From a bacterium HR34 (GTDB lineage: Bacteria; Patescibacteriota; Minisyncoccia; Minisyncoccales; HRBIN34), in NCBI GenBank assembly GCA_002923395.1, contig BEIK01000002.1:1965-65964 (forward strand): 64,000 bases of DNA, written 5' to 3'. Both the position numbers and the translations under genes were made by a program. The notes beneath the pieces are model-generated. The model made no database searches. It saw only the letters and a list, made by a program, of their open reading frames with translations, and was not told where the DNA came from. Shown here piece by piece: positions 19,167 to 25,513 of this stretch. The stretch's first letter is position 1; each line of letters begins with the position of its first letter.

Positions 19167-20216
19167 ATGAAATTTTTATCAAAGTTTTCAAAAGATATAG
19201 CAATAGATTTGGGCACCGCAACTACATTAGTTTATGTGAAAGGAGAGGGTATCGTTATAACAGAACCTTCTGTCGTTGCTTTAAGTGTGAAGACAGGAAA
19301 GATTGTTGCTATTGGAAGAGAGGCAAAAGAAATGGTAGGTAGAACACCAGCTCATATAGTTGCTAAAAGACCTTTAAAAGAAGGAGTAATATCAGACTTT
19401 GAAGTAACAGAGCAAATGCTAAAATATTTCATAGAAAAAGTATACAAAGGAAAGGTTTTTTCTTTTTTAGGTCCAAGAGTAATAGTTGGGATACCTTCTA
19501 ATATAACTGAAGTTGAAAAAAAAGCAGTAAAAGATGCTGCAATTTCAGCTGGAGCAAGAGAGGTTTATTTAATAGAACAACCAATGGCAGCTGCTATTGG
19601 CGCAAGGTTGCCTGTTCAAGAGGCAACGGGTAATTTTATTGTAGATATAGGAGGAGGAACAACTGATATTGCTGTTATTTCTCTGGGAGGTCTAGTGTTG
19701 TCAAATAGTATAAAAATAGCAGGCGATAAACTTACTTCTGACATAATTCATTTTGTTCAAGAAAGATATAACCTTGCTATTGGAGAGATTACAGCAGAAG
19801 AGGTGAAGATAAAGTTGGGATCTGCATGGCCAACAAAGGAGACAAAGACATTTCCTTTGAGAGGGAGAAATATAATAACAGGTTTACCAGAAGAAATTTT
19901 AATATCAGACAAAGAAATAAGAGAGGCAATGTCAAAATCAATTAAAATGATAATAGATGAAATTAAAGCAGCTCTTGATAAAACACCGCCCGAACTTATA
20001 GCTGATATTATGGTAAGAGGTATCTATTTAACAGGAGGTGGCGCTTTATTAAAAGGGCTTGATAAACTTTTATCAGAAGAAACTAAAATGCCGGTAAATA
20101 TAATAGACGATCCTTTAACTGCTGTTGTGAGGGGAGCTGGCATTGTTATAGAAAATATTGATAAACTGAGAGATGTTTTAGCAGAAGAGGAAGAACTCCA
20201 ACCACCAAAAGATTAA
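19167..20216 (+). CDS. mreB: Rod shape-determining protein MreB (paralog 2)
   Basis: AIDLGTATTLVY, DIGGGTTDIAV, TGGGALLKGLD; 349 aa. Confidence 0.9.
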   Translation: MKFLSKFSKDIAIDLGTATTLVYVKGEGIVITEPSVVALSVKTGKIVAIGREAKEMVGRTPAHIVAKRPLKEGVISDFEVTEQMLKYFIEKVYKGKVFSFLGPRVIVGIPSNITEVEKKAVKDAAISAGAREVYLIEQPMAAAIGARLPVQEATGNFIVDIGGGTTDIAVISLGGLVLSNSIKIAGDKLTSDIIHFVQERYNLAIGEITAEEVKIKLGSAWPTKETKTFPLRGRNIITGLPEEILISDKEIREAMSKSIKMIIDEIKAALDKTPPELIADIMVRGIYLTGGGALLKGLDKLLSEETKMPVNIIDDPLTAVVRGAGIVIENIDKLRDVLAEEEELQPPKD

Positions 20217-20236
20217 ATTTAATTAAAAATAGAAAT

Positions 20237-20533
20237 ATGGATATTGATATTAAAAACATATTAAAAATAGCAAGGATACATTTGTCGCAAGAGGAAGTTT
20301 CAAGAATTGAAAATGATTTTAAAAAAATTTTAAATTATTTTGAGGTGCTATCTGAAATTAAAACAGAAAATATTCCTCCTCTTTATCATGCTCTTGAAAG
20401 TGTAAAAAACGCCTTTAAAGATGATGAAGTTTTGTCATTAAATAGTGAAGATAGGGAAAGAATTTTATCTCAGGCTCCAATGCGGGAGAAAAACTATTTC
20501 AAAACAAGACCTGTTTTTAAAAATAATAAATAA
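20237..20533 (+). CDS. gatC: Asp/Glu-tRNA amidotransferase subunit C
   Basis: Small ORF with GatC pattern (IARIHLSQEEV...) immediately upstream of gatA. Confidence 0.85.
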   Translation: MDIDIKNILKIARIHLSQEEVSRIENDFKKILNYFEVLSEIKTENIPPLYHALESVKNAFKDDEVLSLNSEDRERILSQAPMREKNYFKTRPVFKNNK

Positions 20534-20538
20534 TTTTT

Positions 20539-21954
20539 ATGGATTTAAGTTTATTATCAATTTCAGAAATACAAAAACTTTTAAAAAATAAAGAAATTTC
20601 TTGCGAAGAGATCACGAAGTTTTATTTAGAAAAAATTAAAAAAGAAGACAAAGAAATAAATTCTTTCGTGAGTGTTTTTGAAGAGGAAGCTATTAATAGA
20701 GCAAAAAATTTAGATAATATGTTGAAAAACGAAGGATTACATGGAGATTTGTTTGGCGTTCCAATAGCAGTAAAAGATAATATTTTAGTAAAAGATCTTT
20801 TGTGTACAGCAGGATCTAAAATTTTATCCAATTACATGGCAGTTTATAACGCAACTGTTGTTGAAAAACTTTTATCTCACAATGCCATTATTTTAGGGAA
20901 AACTAATTTAGATGAGTTTGCAATGGGTTCTTCTGGTGAAACATCTTTTTTTGGTAAAACTTTAAATCCTTTGGATAAAGAAAGAGTTCCTGGTGGTTCT
21001 TCTTCTGGAAGTGCAGCGGCTGTGGCAGCTGGTTTTTCTCCTGTATCTTTGGGTTCTGATACAGGGGGCTCAATAAGATTGCCGGCTGCTTTTTGTGGAG
21101 TTTATGGTTTTAAACCAACTTATGGCGCTGTTTCAAGGTATGGTTTAATTTCGATGGCTTCATCACTTGATCAAATAGGCCCCTTTGCTAAAAACATAGA
21201 CGATATAATAACCTTGTTTAATGTGATTAGAGGAAAAGATAAAAAAGACGCAACGAGTTTAGATGATAATTTATTTAAAAACAAAGAAATAGACTTAAAA
21301 GATATAAGAATTGGCTTGCCAAAAGAATATTTTGGAGAAGGTTTGGATGTTGAGATAAAAGAAAAGGTTTTATCATTTGCTAAACAACTTGAAAACCAAG
21401 GCTGTAAAATTGATGAGGTGAGTTTGCCTTATTCTAAATATGGCATTCACGTTTATTACTTGATTATGGCTTCTGAAGTTTCATCTAATTTATCAAGGTA
21501 CGATGGCATAAGGTATGGATTTTCTACAGCAGAAAAGGATAAAGAATTATTTTCTGTTTATTCTAATTCAAGAGGCGAAGGCTTTGGGATAGAAGTTAAA
21601 AGAAGAATTTTGTTAGGTACTTTTGCATTATATGCTGGTTATTACGATGCTTATTATAATAAAGCACAAAAAGTAAGGTATTTAATTAAAAAAGACTTTA
21701 ATGATGTATTTTCCAAGTACGATTTTATTTTAACTCCAACTTCGCCAACTTTACCTTTTAGGTTTGGAGAAAAATCAGATCCTTTGCAAATGTATTTATC
21801 AGATATTATGACGGTCTCTGCTAATTTAGCAGGAATACCTGCAATTTCAATTCCTTATAAAGAAAAAGAAAACGATTTTCCTGTTGGTGTTCAAATTATG
21901 GCAAACACGTTGGAAGATTATAAACTGTTAAATTTTGTAAAATTAATATCATAA
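20539..21954 (+). CDS. gatA: Asp/Glu-tRNA amidotransferase subunit A
   Basis: Amidase signature GGSSSGSAAAVA...GSDTGGSIRLPA. Confidence 0.92.
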   Translation: MDLSLLSISEIQKLLKNKEISCEEITKFYLEKIKKEDKEINSFVSVFEEEAINRAKNLDNMLKNEGLHGDLFGVPIAVKDNILVKDLLCTAGSKILSNYMAVYNATVVEKLLSHNAIILGKTNLDEFAMGSSGETSFFGKTLNPLDKERVPGGSSSGSAAAVAAGFSPVSLGSDTGGSIRLPAAFCGVYGFKPTYGAVSRYGLISMASSLDQIGPFAKNIDDIITLFNVIRGKDKKDATSLDDNLFKNKEIDLKDIRIGLPKEYFGEGLDVEIKEKVLSFAKQLENQGCKIDEVSLPYSKYGIHVYYLIMASEVSSNLSRYDGIRYGFSTAEKDKELFSVYSNSRGEGFGIEVKRRILLGTFALYAGYYDAYYNKAQKVRYLIKKDFNDVFSKYDFILTPTSPTLPFRFGEKSDPLQMYLSDIMTVSANLAGIPAISIPYKEKENDFPVGVQIMANTLEDYKLLNFVKLIS

Positions 21955-21955
21955 A

Positions 21956-22588
21956 ATGTTTGAACTATTAGCGCAGGCAAACAAAACATTTGGGGACAGG
22001 ATAACAGAATGGATGTCTGATGTTTATAATTTCTTTACAGGATCAGAAGCCAATTTAAAAACAGTTGATGTTATTTCAAACACCACATTTGCTTTGGATT
22101 ATTTAGAAAATCTTTTTTCAACCATTCTTTTGCCTGTAAAATTATTTTTAATAGCCTTTTCCATATTTTTATTTATTTTTATAATTATTCTTTTAATGAA
22201 AACAAGCTTTATAAGATATAAATACTTAGAATCAATATATCACTTTGTTGTTGGGAAACCATTTGGTATTAAGAAATATACAAAAGAGTGGAAGAAAATT
22301 ATTGATTTAATTGAAACAGACGATCCGCATAATTACAGGATAGCCATAATTCAGGCAGATGATTTGTTGTCTGAGGTGCTCTCTCAATTAGGATATAAAG
22401 GCGATACAATAGAACAACAACTTGAAAAAACAGGGGAGTATTTAATTTCTAACAAAGAAGATGTTATAAAAGCGCACAAAATTAGAGAAGATCTTATTTA
22501 TGATCCTGCATTCCAAATTACAAAGGATAAGGCAAAAGAAATAATTTCAATTTATGAGACTGCCTTAAGAGATTTAGAGTATATATAA
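21956..22588 (+). CDS. Hypothetical membrane protein
   Basis: 210-aa ORF with one strong TM segment (LFLIAFSIFLFIFIIILLM); no family recognised. Confidence 0.45.
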   Translation: MFELLAQANKTFGDRITEWMSDVYNFFTGSEANLKTVDVISNTTFALDYLENLFSTILLPVKLFLIAFSIFLFIFIIILLMKTSFIRYKYLESIYHFVVGKPFGIKKYTKEWKKIIDLIETDDPHNYRIAIIQADDLLSEVLSQLGYKGDTIEQQLEKTGEYLISNKEDVIKAHKIREDLIYDPAFQITKDKAKEIISIYETALRDLEYI

Positions 22589-22937
22589 TGACATTTTACA
22601 TCAAATAAAAAACGTACTTATCCTTATTATTTCTAATTTTCTTTTTTGCACTAGTATATTTTGTGACAACGTAATTGTTTTGTTTAAAATAGAGGTTTAA
22701 GTTTTTATTTTCTCTTGTTATTTTCAGTTTTAAAATAAAGTATAACTACCACCTTCACAAACTTAGATGCCTAGGTATTAAATTTTTGTAGGTAGTCTGT
22801 CAGTAATATTAAAAAAAGCCAATTAAACCTTAAAAGAGTAACTTAAGTAAATTAACGAATTCAATTTTTAAGATCTGCAAAGAGGATATAAATAATAAGT
22901 TTATTATCAAAAAATGTGTTCATCTTATACAAGATTC

Positions 22938-22965
22938 TTGATATAGTCATATTTTTTGTTATAAT
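22938..22965 (+). promoter_or_regulatory. Candidate sigma-70-type promoter for the tRNA(CAU) gene
   Basis: TTGATA, 16-nt spacer, TATAAT; the -10 ends 14 nt before the tRNA 5' end. Confidence 0.4.
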
Positions 22966-22979
22966 TATAAATATAAAAC

Positions 22980-23050
22980 TGCGGGGTGGACCAGTAGTAG
23001 GTCGCCAGTCTCATAAGCTGGAGGCCCAGGTGCAATTCCTGGCCCCGCAA
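22980..23050 (+). tRNA. tRNA with CAU anticodon (Met; initiator, elongator or Ile2 identity unresolved)
   Basis: Hand-folded cloverleaf: acceptor TGCGGGG/CCCCGCA, D stem GACC/GGTC (A11:U24), anticodon loop CTCATAA, T arm CCAGG-TGCAATT-CCTGG; no encoded CCA. Confidence 0.85.
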
Positions 23051-23057
23051 CAAATTT

Positions 23058-23085
23058 ACCCGCCTTAAATTGTGGCGGGTTTTAT
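23058..23085 (+). terminator. Rho-independent terminator-like hairpin
   Basis: ACCCGCC - 9-nt loop - GGCGGGT followed by TTTAT. Confidence 0.55.
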
Positions 23086-23109
23086 GTTATAGTATTATTG
23101 TAGTTTTAA

Positions 23110-23182
23110 GCCGGCGTAGCTCAGTGGTTAGAGCAGGGGCATCATAAGCCCAAGGTCGCGGGTTCAAATCCTGCCGCCGGCA
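23110..23182 (+). tRNA. Second tRNA with CAU anticodon (Met or Ile2)
   Basis: Acceptor GCCGGCG/CGCCGGC, D arm GCTC-AGTGGTTA-GAGC, anticodon loop ATCATAA, T arm GCGGG-TTCAAAT-CCTGC; no encoded CCA. Confidence 0.88.
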
Positions 23183-23185
23183 CTA

Positions 23186-23207
23186 GATTTGAACCCGACA
23201 GAGGGGA
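23186..23207 (+). repeat. tRNA-trailer motif: inverted copy of the preceding T arm plus GAACCCGACAGAGGGG
   Basis: GATTTGAACCCG is the exact reverse complement of T-arm bases 23159-23170; GAACCCGACAGAGGGG resembles the start of the 124-nt module at 23893, 24363, 24526 and 24689. Confidence 0.6.
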
Positions 23208-23223
23208 TAATAAACAAATTTTT

Positions 23224-23790
23224 ATGTTAATTTATTTCATAACTTCTAATTCTAAAAAATTTAATGAAGTTAAAGAGTTTTTTAAAGATGTAAAAAATAT
23301 TCAGATAAAGAGAATAAATTTAGATATTCCCGAGATTCAATCAGTTGAGGTTAAAGAAATTGTAAAATTCAAGATTAATTACGTTCTTAAAAATTATAAT
23401 TTTAAAAATTTTTTAGTAGAAGATACAGGTTTTTATATAAAGTGTTTAAATTATTTGCCAGGTCCTTTTATAAAATGGTTCTTACTTTCAATCCGCTCTA
23501 AGGGTTTATATGAGATTTGCAATTTTTACAGAAATTATAAAGCAGAAGTAAAAATAGCTCTCGGATTAAGATTAAAAAACAAAAGTTATATTTTCAAAGG
23601 TAGCGTTAAAGGAAGAGTTGTAAAGCCAAAGAAGCGTTTATCTAACAGTGAGATATGGTGGGATAATATTTTTATGCCGGAAGGTTTTAGTAGAACTTTT
23701 AGTGAAATGAGTTCAGAAGAAAAAAATTTAATAAGTCACAGAGGAAAGGCATTAAGAAAATTGAAAAATTTTTTAATAAAAATAAAATAA
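23224..23790 (+). CDS. rdgB: Non-canonical purine NTP pyrophosphatase (RdgB/HAM1 family)
   Basis: ITSNSKKFNEV, EDTG, ISHRGKAL motifs of the Ham1 fold. Confidence 0.8.
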   Translation: MLIYFITSNSKKFNEVKEFFKDVKNIQIKRINLDIPEIQSVEVKEIVKFKINYVLKNYNFKNFLVEDTGFYIKCLNYLPGPFIKWFLLSIRSKGLYEICNFYRNYKAEVKIALGLRLKNKSYIFKGSVKGRVVKPKKRLSNSEIWWDNIFMPEGFSRTFSEMSSEEKNLISHRGKALRKLKNFLIKIK

Positions 23791-23810
23791 TAGAATATAT
23801 GGCGGCCGTA

Positions 23811-23883
23811 GCTTAAAGGTAAAGCATCAGGCTGTGGCCCTGAGGACTACGGGTTCGAGTCCCGTCGGCCGCCCAAGGCGAAA
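23811..23883 (+). tRNA. tRNA-His (GUG) with encoded G-1
   Basis: G-1 + GCGGCCG/CGGCCGC + C73, anticodon arm TCAGG-CTGTGGC-CCTGA, T arm ACGGG-TTCGAGT-CCCGT. Confidence 0.93.
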
Positions 23884-23888
23884 ACCCC

Positions 23889-24012
23889 ACAGAGGGGGTC
23901 GGGGAGATTGGGTATCTCCCCGTGAAGGAAAATAGCTCCGACTTTATGTCGGAGCGCAAGAAACCATGGGTTTCTTGGGAGCGAAGCGACGGGTTCGAGT
24001 CCCGTCGGCCGC
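23889..24012 (+). repeat. 124-nt GC-rich hairpin module, copy A (tRNA-His-linked); candidate structured ncRNA or miniature mobile element
   Basis: 121/124 identical to copies at 24359-24482 and 24522-24645; contains three 8-bp inverted repeats and ends in GGGTTCGAGTCC. Confidence 0.85.
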
Positions 24013-24025
24013 CCAGCAGAAAGAT
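23999..24025 (+). repeat. Duplicated 3' end of tRNA-His (T arm + acceptor 3' strand + CCA-position bases), orphan fragment
   Basis: ACGGGTTCGAGTCCCGTCGGCCGCCCA is identical to 23859-23885, 140 nt upstream. Confidence 0.9.
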
Positions 24026-24164
24026 TCCATATAAGGCGTTAGGGAGACCTTGATTTAGGTCTAGGAACAGGTTGAATATCTTCTTCCGTATGACAACAGG
24101 CAGATCAATCATTATATAGGTAGGTCCAGTCATATTCCAGTATACACAAAAAATGGAAGGGTGC

Positions 24165-24250
24165 CGGAGTGGTCTAACGGAACGGCCTGGAGAGCCGTGC
24201 CTCCTTGTGGGGCTCGTGGGTTCAAATCCCACCCCTTCCGCATAATTGTC
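24165..24250 (+). tRNA. tRNA-Ser (GGA), long variable arm
   Basis: Acceptor GGAAGGG/CCCTTCC, anticodon arm ACGGC-CTGGAGA-GCCGT, long variable arm, T arm GTGGG-TTCAAAT-CCCAC. Confidence 0.9.
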
Positions 24251-24257
24251 CCCGTAG

Positions 24258-24330
24258 TTCAACAGGATAGAACGAGTCCCTCCTAAGGACTAAATGGGGG
24301 TTCGAGTCCTCCCGGGGACACCGAGCAAAG
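24258..24330 (+). tRNA. tRNA-Arg (CCU)
   Basis: Acceptor GTCCCCG/CGGGGAC, anticodon arm AGTCC-CTCCTAA-GGACT, T arm GGGGG-TTCGAGT-CCTCC. Confidence 0.92.
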
Positions 24331-24358
24331 CGAGGTGGCAACCGGAGACGAGAACCCC

Positions 24359-24482
24359 ACAGAGGGGGTCGGGGAGATTGGGTATCTCCCCGTGAAGGAA
24401 AATAGCTCCGACATTATGTCGGAGCGCAAGAAACCGTGGGTTTCTTGGGAGCGAAGCGACGGGTTCGAGTCCTCCCGGGGAC
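24359..24482 (+). repeat. 124-nt hairpin module, copy B (tRNA-Arg-linked)
   Basis: Same core as 23889-24012. Hairpins: 24381-88/24394-401, 24415-22/24428-35, 24438-45/24449-56. Confidence 0.85.
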
Positions 24483-24521
24483 ACCGAGCAAAGCGAGGTG
24501 GCAACCGGAGACGAGAACCCC

Positions 24522-24645
24522 ACAGAGGGGGTCGGGGAGATTGGGTATCTCCCCGTGAAGGAAAATAGCTCCGACATTATGTCGGAGCGCAAGAAACCGT
24601 GGGTTTCTTGGGAGCGAAGCGACGGGTTCGAGTCCTCCCGGGGAC
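24522..24645 (+). repeat. 124-nt hairpin module, copy C
   Basis: Identical to copy B, offset by 163 nt. Confidence 0.85.
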
Positions 24646-24771
24646 ACCGAGCAAAGCGAGGTGGCAACCGGAGACGAGAACCCCACAGAGGGGGTCAAGA
24701 AAATTTAGATACAAGATATGAATAGCAAATTACAAGTTTAATATTGAAAAAACCAAATTTAAAAATTATTA

Positions 24772-24800
24772 TTGAATTTATCTTATTAATTTGTTATATT
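24772..24800 (+). promoter_or_regulatory. Candidate promoter for tRNA-Asp
   Basis: TTGAAT, 17-nt spacer, TATATT; 15 nt upstream of the tRNA. Confidence 0.35.
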
Positions 24801-24815
24801 TATTATGTAAAATAT

Positions 24816-24890
24816 GGACCCGTGGTGTAGCCCGGTTAACACGCCTCCCTGTCACGGAGGAGATCGAGGGTTCAAATCCCTTCGGGTCCG
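24816..24890 (+). tRNA. tRNA-Asp (GUC)
   Basis: Acceptor GGACCCG/CGGGTCC, anticodon arm CCTCC-CTGTCAC-GGAGG, T arm GAGGG-TTCAAAT-CCCTT. Confidence 0.92.
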
Positions 24891-24916
24891 CGGTAATTAA
24901 AATATAAATTAAAAAT

Positions 24917-25483
24917 ATGAGTTTTATCTTATTTATTGTCCTCATTATAATAGTTTTTTGGTTTTTCTATACATATAATAAATTTGTTGCGTTGAAAAAT
25001 AGAGTAATGGAAGCTTGGTCTGATATAGATGTGCAGTTAAAAAGAAGATACAATTTAATTCCAAATTTAGTTGAAACAGTAAAAGGTTATGCAAGTCATG
25101 AGAAATCTGTTTTTGAGAATGTTACAAAAGCAAGGACACAAGCGCTTGAAGCAGAGAAGTCAGGCGATATAAAAGGTGTTGCTGAAGCTGAAAACTTTTT
25201 AACTTCTGCTTTAAAAACATTGTTTGCAGTAGCAGAAAATTATCCTGATTTAAAGGCGTCTCAAAATTTTTTGGAATTGCAAAGAGAATTAAGAGATGCT
25301 GAGGATAAAATACAAGCAGCAAGAAGGTTTTATAACGCAACTGTTATGGAATTTAATACAAAATTAGAAAGTTTGCCAGATGGTTTAATAGGCCGCCACC
25401 TAATGAAATTAAAACCATTTGAATTCTTTGAAATAGCAGAAGAAGAAAAGGCCGTGCCGCAAGTAAATTTTGAATCTAAATAA
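24917..25483 (+). CDS. lemA: LemA family protein
   Basis: N-terminal TM plus the LemA pattern (YNKFVALKNRVMEAWSDIDVQLKRRYNLIPNLVETVKGYASHE). Confidence 0.85.
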   Translation: MSFILFIVLIIIVFWFFYTYNKFVALKNRVMEAWSDIDVQLKRRYNLIPNLVETVKGYASHEKSVFENVTKARTQALEAEKSGDIKGVAEAENFLTSALKTLFAVAENYPDLKASQNFLELQRELRDAEDKIQAARRFYNATVMEFNTKLESLPDGLIGRHLMKLKPFEFFEIAEEEKAVPQVNFESK

Positions 25484-25513
25484 TTTTTATAACTTTTTAT
25501 CTCCTAATTATAT

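Larger units (their letters stand above)
24308..24706 (+). repeat. Tandem array, 163-nt period, about 2.45 units, starting inside the tRNA-Arg T arm
   Basis: GGGTTCGAGTCCTCCCGGGGACA recurs at 24308, 24471 and 24634; units 2 and 3 are identical to unit 1 by eye; the array stops after ...CACAGAGGGGGTC at 24706. Confidence 0.92.

Noticed and set aside
24026-24164. Possible additional ncRNA between the orphan tRNA-His fragment and tRNA-Ser (moderate GC, AGACCT/AGGTCT hairpin at 24055-24072)
   Set aside because: There is only one short hairpin, no similarity to the repeat module or to any RNA family I recognise, and no second copy for comparison.
24359-24482. Hammerhead-ribozyme reading of the module (GUC followed by a hairpin, a purine-rich strand, a second hairpin and GAAAC)
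   Set aside because: The strand after the first hairpin is GUGAAGGAAAAUA rather than the invariant CUGANGA core, and the helix arrangement does not close a stem III. The resemblance is topological only.
24397-24493. Cloverleaf tRNA-like fold of the Arg-linked unit (TCCCCG pairing with CGGGGA as an acceptor stem enclosing three arms)
   Set aside because: The pairing competes with the 8-bp hairpin GGGGAGAT/ATCTCCCC and there is no D arm or 7-nt anticodon loop. In the His-linked copy the corresponding acceptor strand (CGGCCGC) is not complementary, so the fold is not conserved.
24308-24706. CRISPR array or ToxI-like type III antitoxin repeat
   Set aside because: The units are contiguous, with no unique spacers, and much longer than CRISPR repeats. 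No cas gene or ToxN-like endoribonuclease ORF follows; the next genes are tRNA-Asp and lemA.
23813-24725. Six overlapping track ORFs on both strands (23813-24262 -, 24283-24504 -, 24290-24667 -, 24335-24568 +, 24414-24698 -, 24498-24725 +), some with repeated peptide segments
   Set aside because: They run through four tRNA genes and the GC-rich repeat. They are open in several frames at once simply because GC-rich sequence lacks stop codons. The repeat period (163 nt) is not a multiple of 3, so the repeated peptides shift frame. No start context or recognisable family.
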